55,191 bases of DNA from Bdellovibrionales bacterium (lineage in GTDB: Bacteria > Bdellovibrionota > Bdellovibrionia > Bdellovibrionales > UBA840). This document shows, piece by piece, positions 1-8,976 of this stretch. How positions within the stretch are numbered: position 1 is the first letter of the stretch; every line of letters starts with the position of its first letter. The notes under the pieces were generated by a model that did no database searches, was not told where the DNA came from, and saw only the letters and a program-made list of their open reading frames with translations. The DNA lies in NCBI GenBank assembly GCA_037969075.1, contig JBBKWS010000014.1:1-55191 (forward strand), written 5' to 3'. Made by a program: the position numbers and the translations under genes.

Positions 1-44
1 TTTACTAATTTAAATTATAAATACACTTGAAGTGCATGTCACTA

Positions 45-434
45 CTAAAGCTTATTGCAGTGTAGGCTGTATTTAACACCCTCAGAATGATGGCTTATAT
101 AGCCATAATCAGAATGATCCAAACGCGCCATAGCCGCAAATCTAACTGTATCCCCACGAGGATGGATACTCATAGGAAAGTAATCCTCCGATTCATAGCG
201 AGATAATAAAATTCTAGCACTAAAAGGAATACCCGAAATCATCGGTGGCTCTAGGGTCAAATACGCAGTATCAGTAATGGATTTAGCATCTAACCTTAGA
301 ATGCCTTTCATGATAAAATCATTTCTATCCTCACTTTTAACTGTAAACGTGCACTGATACTCAATGTATTTACTTTCACCTGCATGTACCAAATTTGAAA
401 ATAACAATATAAAACCTATATAAAACAACTTCAT
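45..434 (-). CDS. hypothetical secreted protein (129 aa)
   Basis: Intact ORF with N-terminal signal peptide MKLFYIGFILLFSNLVHA|GE. Lies 11 nt downstream of the dioxygenase-like gene on the same strand. No family recognised. Confidence 0.55.
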   Translation of the reverse strand: MKLFYIGFILLFSNLVHAGESKYIEYQCTFTVKSEDRNDFIMKGILRLDAKSITDTAYLTLEPPMISGIPFSARILLSRYESEDYFPMSIHPRGDTVRFAAMARLDHSDYGYISHHSEGVKYSLHCNKL

Positions 435-445
435 TTTTTCTCTCC

Positions 446-1301
446 TTAATAATCGCTAAACAAGCGAATGGTTTTTACATTTTGACTGTCTTTTTGAGGC
501 GATTCGGATAATGGCTGATACAAAAGTATCAACATATCTCTTGTGGCCTTTAGATTTGGATTCGCCTGTTCAAATGGTGACACTGCATGAAAAATAGCAG
601 CATCATTAAAAAATATCGAATCCATTGGTTCTTCCAGTAACTTTTGATCAATTAAATTTTTATCTAAATCGTAAAAATTATTAATGGCACCTGATACATT
701 CGACCTTGTCATCAAATGTATAGACCCAAAATGATAGCCATCCCGGTGTATGCCCTCAGGGGCTGGCCGACCCATTTGACTACCAGGAGTGGCCTCTATA
801 CGAATCATATGAGCACTAACTTCATAAGGTTCATGCAAATGCTGACTTTGTATTGGAAAACTTTTGTAAGATTCTAAGACAAGCTTTTGAAAAAAGGGAT
901 TTTCATAATCCACAGGTTGCATTGGTGCAAACTCTCGGTGAATATCTCCATATAAGTCATCAAACTTTTTTTCTTGAAAAAATGAATCGTGCTTAAAAAC
1001 TTTTAATTCTTTTTTGATGGGATCGATAAGAAAGCGGCCGTACCTTCTGCGTCGTTCACCCTCTCCTGAGAAGAGATGTGGGTCCACTGGCATTGTCTCG
1101 TAGAGACTTCTGAATTTATTTAATTTGAGGGATTCGTGCGATGAAAGTCCAAAGTGATCTCCGGCTCACAATACTATAACCGTTTGACTGGATCCTGTTT
1201 TTTATAATATCCGACTTACCTAACTTAAGAATATTCACTTTGTCCTCCTTTAGAACTTGTTTAGAAGAAGCTAGCAAATGTATCGGTTGAAAGATAATCA
1301 T
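446..1301 (-). pseudogene. 2OG-Fe(II) dioxygenase-family (PF10014-like) gene, apparently split by a frameshift
   Basis: The 215-aa ORF (446-1093) has GERRRRYGRF and PEGIHRDG (HxD) motifs typical of this family. Its frame stays open upstream of the ATG as far as a TGA at 1166-1168 (...AGDHFGLSSHESLKLNKFRSLYET-MPVD). The 61-aa ORF 1116-1301 in another frame (...IQSNGYSIVS...) looks like the missing N-terminus. Confidence 0.45.
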
Positions 1302-1583
1302 AATATTTTTTGTAAGACATAAATCCCGGTTATGTGATCCTACCTACTTTAACTTTTCTTAAATCGCTCGAAAAATTGACTCGTAGCCAATTTCCTATTT
1401 TTAAATAACGTAAACCTGCTATCTTAATACGTATGTGGACCTAAAGGACGCTCTTCCTCTAAATATGTTTTGTAGCTTTTGTCGCCTGTTGGGGTAAAAA
1501 TACGATTAACAAATGTTTCATCAACTATAACTCTGATTTTTGGTTAATAAAGAATCGATTATTTAGATATGATCTTTAATAAC

Positions 1584-1612
1584 AAAAAGGGAGCTCTAAG
1601 AGCTCCCTTTTT
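1584..1612 (-). terminator. bidirectional Rho-independent terminator downstream of the coiled-coil gene
   Basis: aaaaaGGGAGCTCtaaGAGCTCCCttttt: 8-bp GC-rich stem (1589-1596 / 1600-1607), 3-nt loop, A-run and T-run on either side. A second small hairpin AGAGGGtgccCCCTCT sits at 1627-1642, directly after the stop codon. Confidence 0.8.
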
Positions 1613-1659
1613 ACATGAAACTTTTAAGAGGGTGCCCCCTCTCAAAGTAATAATTTAAA

Positions 1660-3672
1660 TTACATAAAAAATGCTAGGTACCTACTCTTCGCACTATCAA
1701 TCTGCGATTGAATCGAAGCAAGCACTGATTCAAGCTCGGCCTTTGAACTATCAAATCCAGCTAGATCACTATTTATCTTAACGATCGCCTGTCCTACCGC
1801 AACTAACCTTGCTTCACTTGCTTTTAATGAATCATTTAGTTGAACTAACAGGATCTTATCTTTAGGTACTTGCACCTTTAAGTTTGAATCTTCAGAAACT
1901 AATCGGCTAAGTGCACTACTAGTGGATTGCAGCTGAGATCTTGCAACATTTAAGTTTTGTTCTAAACGACTAAACCCAACACTTTGATCAAATCGATTTA
2001 ATTCGTCGGCAAGACTTCTAATCTCTTGTCTTAAAGAGGCCGCTCGACTTTCTTGCGAAGACACATAAGCTCTTAGATCTAGGTTACGGTTTTGCAATCT
2101 AGGAATTTGGTACTCAGTAATGTCGCGGCGTTGACCTTCTGCTTGTTGCAATTCAGAATTAAGGTTTGTCAACCTCGCGCTTGCTCGGTCATACTCAGCT
2201 CTTAATTGATCTTCTTCTCTACCAACATCACGCGCTACGTCTTCTTCGATTTTCTCTACTTCTCTTTGCGCATTGTTGTACTGCCCTTGCAATCTGCTAA
2301 CCATACTCTTCTTAGTATTTACATCAGCCTCCAATCTATTTGTTTGCTCAGCTAGTTTACTACAATCATTTCCAGGCTTCGATTGGCATTGCGATAGTTG
2401 GGATCTGCTTCTAGTTAAATCCCTTTCTAGCGAACGAAGTTCTTCTCTCTCAGAATTTAATTGCGCACGCACCCGGTCCGCATCACTTTGTGCCGTACGG
2501 TAGCGACTAGACGACGCAAGTCTTCTTCTAGTTTCAGAGCGGCTGTCAAAACTTTCTAGATCTCTTCTGGCTCTATCATATTGCGATTGTAATGATGGAA
2601 GATCACTACGCAATCTTTGAATTCTACTATTTAATTGCTGCGCTTCTCGATCTAATTGATCCATCTGCCTTATATTATCACTAATCTCTCTTTGTGCTGA
2701 TGAGATCTCTCTTTCAGACTCTGCTAGATCAGATTGTGCAGAGCTCAAATCTCTAGATAATTGATTGTGCCTAGGTAAATGCGGGGCAATTTGTCTCTGT
2801 GCTTCATCGTACTTGGCTTGCGCTAGATCTTTTTGCTTTTGCGCATTAGGGATTTCTGTTTGCAACTGAGCAAGTCTTCTCTCTCCGCTCTCTATTCTTT
2901 GAGATGTAACTTGAATATTATTTTTTAATTCTGGAATTTTACGACCATTTAAATTCGCCTGCTCTACCCTAAGAGAATCTCTTTCTGTAATCTTAGGAAG
3001 ATTTTGCTCTACCAACTTTGCAAGACGTGCTTCATTTTGTAAAAGATTATTGTGATGCCCTGCTAACTCAAAGTAGATAGATCTTAAGCTGGAAATATGA
3101 GAAGGGTCGAATAATTTAGGAGCTGTATCAAACGCACTTGGATGGTTAGTAAGGGCACTAAATCTATCATCAACAAGTGATTTACCTGCATTACAATGTT
3201 TTTCCATAGAAGCTATGATTTGCGAAGCACCTTTTGGAGAGAAACTAATCTTTCCACCATCAAGATCTCCGTATGGTCTAACTTCAAAGGTTTTACTGCT
3301 TGTTTTTAAGGTGTCTAAAAACAACTTTGTTTCATCCGGTAAATACCAAAACATTTGATTTTTTGCTTCTATCGAAAGTTGATTAAATAGTACTACCTCG
3401 TTACCAATACTGGCCGCAGCCATTGGCCCATATTTAGGCTTTCCAGCTTCATTTAAGAAAATTTCTACTGGCTTACTAGAGTTTTTTTGTTTTTGGATTT
3501 GCAAAGTGTAGGTTCTAGAAAATCCTCTGTCCTCGGTAGAGGCAATACATACTGTTGAATCATTAGCAGTGACTTCATTTAAAATCCATTTATCCTTTTT
3601 TTCAATTTGACCCGCTAACGCTGGATTTACAGCTGCACTAAGAATGATTGTAGATAGTATGTAGCTTTTCAT
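1660..3672 (-). CDS. secreted long coiled-coil protein (670 aa), function unknown
   Basis: Signal peptide MKSYILSTIILSAAVNPALA|GQ, a globular N-terminal region of about 170 aa, then about 480 aa of Q/R/S/L/E/D-rich heptad-like sequence. SD aaaGGGGaatcATG. Confidence 0.75.
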   Translation of the reverse strand: MKSYILSTIILSAAVNPALAGQIEKKDKWILNEVTANDSTVCIASTEDRGFSRTYTLQIQKQKNSSKPVEIFLNEAGKPKYGPMAAASIGNEVVLFNQLSIEAKNQMFWYLPDETKLFLDTLKTSSKTFEVRPYGDLDGGKISFSPKGASQIIASMEKHCNAGKSLVDDRFSALTNHPSAFDTAPKLFDPSHISSLRSIYFELAGHHNNLLQNEARLAKLVEQNLPKITERDSLRVEQANLNGRKIPELKNNIQVTSQRIESGERRLAQLQTEIPNAQKQKDLAQAKYDEAQRQIAPHLPRHNQLSRDLSSAQSDLAESEREISSAQREISDNIRQMDQLDREAQQLNSRIQRLRSDLPSLQSQYDRARRDLESFDSRSETRRRLASSSRYRTAQSDADRVRAQLNSEREELRSLERDLTRSRSQLSQCQSKPGNDCSKLAEQTNRLEADVNTKKSMVSRLQGQYNNAQREVEKIEEDVARDVGREEDQLRAEYDRASARLTNLNSELQQAEGQRRDITEYQIPRLQNRNLDLRAYVSSQESRAASLRQEIRSLADELNRFDQSVGFSRLEQNLNVARSQLQSTSSALSRLVSEDSNLKVQVPKDKILLVQLNDSLKASEARLVAVGQAIVKINSDLAGFDSSKAELESVLASIQSQIDSAKSRYLAFFM

Positions 3673-4026
3673 GATTCCCCTTTTCGATGTTATGTGGTGT
3701 TACTTTGGGACTATTTCTCCCCTTAGTATTAATTTGTACAAATACTATGCCATTAGATCAGTGTCATATAGTCACCGCTCACTGCTTTTTTTATATACAC
3801 TCATCTATGATTAACCTGAGAAAATGTCAGGTTAAAATCCTAACTACTCTCAACAATCATTAAAATAAAAAAAGGATCGCTATCAACTTACAATCTTGTA
3901 CACTAATAAATTTTTATCTATTTACTTTTATATTTATTTTTGTGAGAAAAAATATTTTTTGCTTTTTATAGCCTTAGCAATTTGTAATTTTTTTGAAGAT
4001 ATGTGTCTCATATCAGGACTAAAGTC

Positions 4027-4053
4027 TTAAGTTTATTGAAGAATTACCGATAC
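4027..4053 (+). promoter_or_regulatory. sigma-28 (FliA)-like promoter, probably giving a leaderless or near-leaderless mRNA
   Basis: TTAAGTTT-N11-ACCGATAC compared with the enterobacterial FliA consensus TAAAGTTT-N11-GCCGATAA. The -10 element ends 7 nt before the ATG at 4061 and there is no SD in between. Confidence 0.4.
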
Positions 4054-4060
4054 TATAAGT

Positions 4061-6496
4061 ATGCGACTTACTTCTACGATTTATGTCATTCTATTATCTC
4101 TGTGTTTGATTTCATGTAAATCAGAGTCTGGAAGTGATACAGAAGCAATACCTTCTCCTAATGTTCTTCCTACTCATCTCGAATTTGACATAGGCACTTC
4201 CTATTCTTTTGGCTCAAGAAACGTAGCCTCTGTGACTAAGGCTTTATTAAAAATTTCTAATAATACGGCTTCACCTGCAAGTAATTTTACCGCAGATACA
4301 CTAGCGGCTCCCTACACTTTTGTTGGCGGCAGTTTTCCTGGTTTAAATGGAACGTGCACTGGAATTATTTATAGCGGCAGTGACTGCTATATCCACATAG
4401 AGTTTACTCCTAGCAGTCTTGGCATTTTTTCTGACGACTTAATTATTAATTATGATTTAATCAATGAACCTACTACTAGCAAACTTAAATTGATTGGCTA
4501 CGGTGCCTTAGTGGGTGAATTACAAATTAGCGAGGCGCCAACGTATAATTACGGTAATGTTGCTAGTGGTGCCAGTAGTGACTATAGCTTTATTGTTACC
4601 AATGTAGGTGTACAAAATGTTACTGGCATTAGCTTCTCTATAGCAAGTAGTCCTTTTCGCTTTAAAGATGGAACTTACCCAGGCACAGGCGGCAATTGCT
4701 CTGATAACTTACCAGCACTTGCTACCTGCTCTGTTGTATTAAGTTTTGCTCCAGCCATTGACGGGATTTACTCTGAAGATTTAGAGTTTAGTTATTTCAA
4801 TTCTCAAAATCCAGATATGGGCTCTATAACCTTAACTGGTATAGCTACAAATGTGACAGCTGCTGATATGGTCTCTGACTTAAGCGTAACCAATACTGGA
4901 TTAACAAGCGCTGATCTGTCTTGGACTGCACCGGCTGATAATGGATCTGCCATTTCAGATTATAGTATCGAATACAAGGCTTCTGCCTCTGGTACTTGGC
5001 TTAGCTTTACTGATGGTGTGTCCATTACCACAAATGCTACAGTGACTGGCTTAAGTCCGTCTACTTCATATGATTTTAGGGTTAAGGCTTTTAATGGCGC
5101 CTATGCATCTGATTCTAACACGGCAACTGACACTACAAAGAGTCCACCAGATGCAATTAATAACTTAACGATAACAAATGCCTCTCCATTTCAACTTAGT
5201 ATTTCGTGGACTGCGCCGGTAGACAATGGCACGGCAATCACTGATTACAATATAGAATACAAAGAATCTGCCGCCGGAGTGTGGTTGGTATTTGCAGACG
5301 GCGTATCTACAGATTTATCATCAACTGTAACTGGCCTAAGTGAAGAAACTTCTTATGATTTTAGAGTCAGAGCTTTCAACGGAGCCTATAGTTTATATTC
5401 AAATGTAGCGACTGGTGAAACAACTATTGATGATCCTTTCTTTGATCCAACTGTATATAAAGCAATGAACTTAGGAGGAGCTACTGCTAGCGCAGTAGTC
5501 GCTATGGACGACGCCACAACCATTGAATTAAATGGCAACCCGCTAACTACAATCAATGCAGGAGAGACATTTGGATTTGTTAGTGCACAAAATGATATTA
5601 TCTCGGCTGACAAGCCGATCTTTGTTGCTGGTAGAAGAGGAAGTGGGTCAGATACACAAAAAGGCAATATGGTTTGGAATACGCCTGATTGGGCAGGGAA
5701 AACTTTTGCTTTTACTGGCTCCCGTGATCCCGATCATAAAATTACAATCTATGCTTTTGAAGACACAGATATTACTATTAAGCAGGGTGCCACTACTGTT
5801 GCCAGCCAATCAATTACTACAGGAAATAATCACACCTTTTCTCTCAGCACACTTGGCAGTTTCACTATGACATCGACTGGTTTGATTGTCGCATATATGT
5901 ATTCAAGTAATAACAATACCGGAATTTCAGATCCAAAACCTTTACTACCCGCCGCTACTGATATTATTGGGTTTCCAAGTAGTAGTTTAAAAATGGGTAG
6001 TATTCTAGATGCAAATACATATAATGGATACCATTCTAATAGTGTTACTATCAGTGGTACAGCAAATGCCGGTACAGAAGAAACTATTAGCCCTGAAGGG
6101 ACTTCTTCACTGTATCAAGGTGAATCTTTAAGAATCATTGCTAGCACAGAAGTGGTAGGAAATTCTCATGCGGATTCAAACGGAAACTGCTCGGCACCTT
6201 TTGTCCCTGTAACAATGATGAAAAAGCGCTTTGCCATAAATGTAAACGCTGAGTTTGTTGCTTTCGCATCCATTGAACCAGGCACTATCACGGTCACAAC
6301 TCCTGCCGGGAGCACATCAACGCTTACCTTAGTAAAAACTGGAGTCGAACCAAATGCTCCTTACAAAGCACGCCTTGGCACCACCACTGCTGGTCATAGA
6401 TTTGAATCAAACATTAAGTTTCAGGCTTGGTATGAACCTAGTACAGACACGAATGCCTCAGATAATGATGAAACAGTCATGTTTGGTGCCGATTGA
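4061..6496 (+). CDS. modular surface lipoprotein: two choice-of-anchor-D/ASH-like Ig modules, two fibronectin type III domains, unknown C-terminal domain (811 aa)
   Basis: Lipobox LSLCLIS|C. Two N-terminal modules share the pattern G..C......C.i.i.F.P...G.fs..L. Two FN3 repeats have W-T-AP-DNG-AI-DY-IEYK...TGL...TSYDFRV-AFNGAY. Confidence 0.85.
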   Translation: MRLTSTIYVILLSLCLISCKSESGSDTEAIPSPNVLPTHLEFDIGTSYSFGSRNVASVTKALLKISNNTASPASNFTADTLAAPYTFVGGSFPGLNGTCTGIIYSGSDCYIHIEFTPSSLGIFSDDLIINYDLINEPTTSKLKLIGYGALVGELQISEAPTYNYGNVASGASSDYSFIVTNVGVQNVTGISFSIASSPFRFKDGTYPGTGGNCSDNLPALATCSVVLSFAPAIDGIYSEDLEFSYFNSQNPDMGSITLTGIATNVTAADMVSDLSVTNTGLTSADLSWTAPADNGSAISDYSIEYKASASGTWLSFTDGVSITTNATVTGLSPSTSYDFRVKAFNGAYASDSNTATDTTKSPPDAINNLTITNASPFQLSISWTAPVDNGTAITDYNIEYKESAAGVWLVFADGVSTDLSSTVTGLSEETSYDFRVRAFNGAYSLYSNVATGETTIDDPFFDPTVYKAMNLGGATASAVVAMDDATTIELNGNPLTTINAGETFGFVSAQNDIISADKPIFVAGRRGSGSDTQKGNMVWNTPDWAGKTFAFTGSRDPDHKITIYAFEDTDITIKQGATTVASQSITTGNNHTFSLSTLGSFTMTSTGLIVAYMYSSNNNTGISDPKPLLPAATDIIGFPSSSLKMGSILDANTYNGYHSNSVTISGTANAGTEETISPEGTSSLYQGESLRIIASTEVVGNSHADSNGNCSAPFVPVTMMKKRFAINVNAEFVAFASIEPGTITVTTPAGSTSTLTLVKTGVEPNAPYKARLGTTTAGHRFESNIKFQAWYEPSTDTNASDNDETVMFGAD
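4871..5425 (+). repeat. tandem duplicated FN3-encoding modules inside the lipoprotein gene
   Basis: VSDLSVTNTGLTSADLSWTAPADNGSAISDYSIEYKASASGTWLSF...TSYDFRVKAFNGAYAS (4871-~5141) and DAINNLTITNASPFQLSISWTAPVDNGTAITDYNIEYKESAAGVWLVF...TSYDFRVRAFNGAYSL (5150-5425). Confidence 0.8.
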
Positions 6497-6616
6497 TATA
6501 AAAATCAATGCTTTTTGGCTAATAGATGTTACCCTAAGCATAAGTTCTTTATTTTGATCTGGCCTTAACTCCTACTTAAAATATAGATTCCCAAATCTTA
6601 TAAAGCAGGAAAACCT

Positions 6617-6805
6617 ATGAGCTCAGATGGATGTAGAAATCAAAATCACTCAAAAATGAATGTAGCTGTACGCTATTGTTCAGGTTGCGGAAATATTGTA
6701 AATAAAAATATTCCAGAAAAAAAATGTAGCACTGAGTCTCATGCAAGAAGAAGAAAAGATAGAAATCAATTCTGCACTGATTGCGGAAAAAATTTAGCTT
6801 CTTAA
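6617..6805 (+). CDS. small zinc-ribbon protein (62 aa)
   Basis: Two CxxC pairs (YCSGCG ... FCTDCG) separated by a basic stretch (HARRRKDR). SD AGGAAaacctATG. Confidence 0.5.
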   Translation: MSSDGCRNQNHSKMNVAVRYCSGCGNIVNKNIPEKKCSTESHARRRKDRNQFCTDCGKNLAS

Positions 6806-6908
6806 TTTACCTCTACAATCTCGATAAAAGTGTTTCATAGTGAGACGCTAAAAAAGCTTACATATTTCTCAAATTGAACCGATACTATACTGTGTTTAGG
6901 AGATCGAT

Positions 6909-7619
6909 ATGAAAGCTTTTTACAGCATTGTCATTTTAGCACTTATCACCGTAATGTATCAAAACTGCGGCGAAATGAACGCTAGTAAAGATCAAGTAAA
7001 TCCTAAACTATGTGCTGGAGAATTAGGAAATACTACTAGTCTTCGTATACCTCCAGAATACTTTATTGCAGTAAACTCTTCTTCTGGCAGTGAAATCATT
7101 GGACGTGAAGAAATTGTATACTCTGGCCCACTACTTTTAAGTGTTAAAGATCTCAATTTTAATGAGCCATACCAAGGAATTGCTACGTGGAGTATCTATA
7201 AAGACTTAGAATTAATTAGCCAAGTAAATCAGGGTTCGATTGATTTTGTTATCAACGCTACAAATACTTGTGAGCATTACCGCGTTGTTGCTGAGGTCAC
7301 TGAAACTGATAGTTGCGGTGGATCTACCAACACTTATGCACCCGAATTACGAATTCGTACTTCTGCTTGCAACCCAACCATCACGCCTACGCCAACTCCT
7401 ACAATTACTCCAACGCCAACCCCTGCACCTGAAGAAAGGTATATACCAACTATCGATGCGCCATCAGTGGCCTATTGCAATCAAAATCAAATTCCTTTTA
7501 GAATGCATTGCTCAAGTCTCGGTTTTTCTAGTATGAAGTGTTACCCAAGAGATGATTTAAATCCTGGTAACTATGGGTACAACGGGCTGTATGCTGGCTA
7601 TCTGTGTTACAATAACTAA
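6909..7619 (+). CDS. secreted protein with Thr/Pro linker and Cys-rich C-terminal module (236 aa)
   Basis: Good SD (tAGGAGatcgatATG). Signal peptide or lipobox-like MKAFYSIVILALITVMYQNC. Low-complexity linker NPTITPTPTPTITPTPTPAPE. Confidence 0.75.
   Translation: MKAFYSIVILALITVMYQNCGEMNASKDQVNPKLCAGELGNTTSLRIPPEYFIAVNSSSGSEIIGREEIVYSGPLLLSVKDLNFNEPYQGIATWSIYKDLELISQVNQGSIDFVINATNTCEHYRVVAEVTETDSCGGSTNTYAPELRIRTSACNPTITPTPTPTITPTPTPAPEERYIPTIDAPSVAYCNQNQIPFRMHCSSLGFSSMKCYPRDDLNPGNYGYNGLYAGYLCYNN
7371..7433 (+). repeat. Thr-Pro low-complexity linker coding repeat
   Basis: The in-frame codons translate to NPTITPTPTPTITPTPTPAPE. Confidence 0.8.
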
Positions 7620-7622
7620 AAA

Positions 7623-8645
7623 TTAAAACACAGATTGGCATCTACGCGCGCTGCCATACAAAATAATATTTTTAAAACCTTCAAAAAAATGATTCATATC
7701 TAAAAATGAAATCCTAAAGCCCGTATCGATCAATGTAACCGAATGATTGGGTCCCTTATAAGCCATGAACTGTTCTGCCACTGTAAAGGCTCCCATTGTA
7801 AGTATCCCTAATAGCGATACTGGTAAACTTATACCTCCTCCTTTGGCCCCATTGGCATCTACCTTGTAGCCAGGGATTGCTGGTATATAAGTAACGTCGA
7901 AAGTCTTTGGAGCATATTCTAATGACCTAGAAAAAACACCAGCCCTTAGATTTAAGCCTAGAGGTATAAATGTAGCGCCGAATTTTGCGATCTCTACAAC
8001 TTTTTTTAACTGAAAGCTTACTCTTTTTGTTTTCCAATCAAAGCCTACAACTATATTAAACCCATAAGAGCCACCGACAATATATTTACCAAAACCCATC
8101 ACGGACATAGGAGCTATATACAGATCTAAACAATATTCTTTTCCGCCGACAAAACTTTTTGAATTTTTAAAGGTACTACTATCGTAATGATCCAAAATTT
8201 TAGTAATCACCTGATTTCTACGACTTAGTTTTTCAGGGCTCATTTTTTCTTTTTCTAAGTCAGCAATAATGTCCATCGGGTTACCAGTAAGATTGCCATC
8301 TTTTAACATAGAGATTTGATTGTTTTCCATATAACCCAAGCCACTGCTTAGACCGCCGTAGGATAGGTATTTAGCCATCCATACTAATCTCTCAATTCTT
8401 CTCTTTTTAAAAGTCTCTACGTCACTTGGACTAAGATCATTCAGATTATGTTTTAATTCATGGGATTCTTCGCTAACCACAGTATAACTTAGGCCATTAC
8501 TTAGAGTAATTTTACCGTTTATTACCTTAGCCGAAGGCAAGCTTGCCTCAATAACAATATCAGGTGGCGGCAACACTGCCTCTGACCGCATAGTCTCTTT
8601 AGCCCACAACGATATTAGTAACAACCACAACATAACGTTCTCCAA
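7623..8645 (-). CDS. hypothetical exported protein, possibly outer-membrane (340 aa)
   Basis: Long intact ORF with a hydrophobic N-terminus (MLWLLLISLWA). The C-terminal half is Gly/aromatic-rich with alternating pattern and ends in ...SVF (terminal Phe, as in many beta-barrel OMPs). No family recognised. Confidence 0.6.
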   Translation of the reverse strand: MENVMLWLLLISLWAKETMRSEAVLPPPDIVIEASLPSAKVINGKITLSNGLSYTVVSEESHELKHNLNDLSPSDVETFKKRRIERLVWMAKYLSYGGLSSGLGYMENNQISMLKDGNLTGNPMDIIADLEKEKMSPEKLSRRNQVITKILDHYDSSTFKNSKSFVGGKEYCLDLYIAPMSVMGFGKYIVGGSYGFNIVVGFDWKTKRVSFQLKKVVEIAKFGATFIPLGLNLRAGVFSRSLEYAPKTFDVTYIPAIPGYKVDANGAKGGGISLPVSLLGILTMGAFTVAEQFMAYKGPNHSVTLIDTGFRISFLDMNHFFEGFKNIILYGSARRCQSVF

Positions 8646-8976
8646 GGACTATATATGCAATCTCAGAGAGCATGTCTTAGTGCTCATTAGGATAAAAAGT
8701 GACGAGAAGTGCTACTTTTCGAATTATTTTTTACAATTCAGTACAATTTTTGTTACTGGTAGCGAGGTTTCACTACATCGTTTTTAACTTTTCTATAGCA
8801 GATGTAATAGAAAATAGGTTTGATCTAAAAACCTTTGTAGAATTTGTCATATCGATATTAGTCACTTTTCTCATAAGTACACAGACGAAGTTATTGCCAG
8901 CTGTTAGCCTCAGGTCGAACCTATCTGGCGTCTCTTTCTCATTTAGAGATCCCTAGTAATACCAGGCACTTACAAG

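Noticed and set aside
1424-1543. Open 39-codon frame on the minus strand (PKIRVIVDETFVNRIF...)
   Set aside because: It contains no ATG, GTG or TTG codon, so it cannot be an intact gene. It is kept only as a possible remnant in the finding on local decay.
2273-2503. 76-aa ORF on the plus strand inside the coiled-coil gene
   Set aside because: It is antisense to a long, well-supported CDS. The low-complexity translation arises from the repetitive coiled-coil codons, and there is no SD.
5386-5870. ORFs 5386-5667 (-) and 5556-5870 (+), plus 6354-6557 (+), overlapping the FN3 lipoprotein gene
   Set aside because: They are nested or out-of-frame within an 811-aa CDS that has clear domain structure. 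Their translations are featureless.
7240-7536. 98-aa alternative-frame ORF inside the 6909-7619 gene
   Set aside because: It is the same strand in a shifted frame. The annotated frame has the SD, signal peptide and TP linker, so this one is a shadow ORF.
8699-8956. 85-aa GTG-initiated ORF in the 7623/9026 intergenic region
   Set aside because: It has no SD and a non-ATG start, and its Phe/Ile/Leu-rich translation is typical of AT-rich non-coding DNA. The region is better explained as a regulatory region (palindrome plus sigma-54 promoter).
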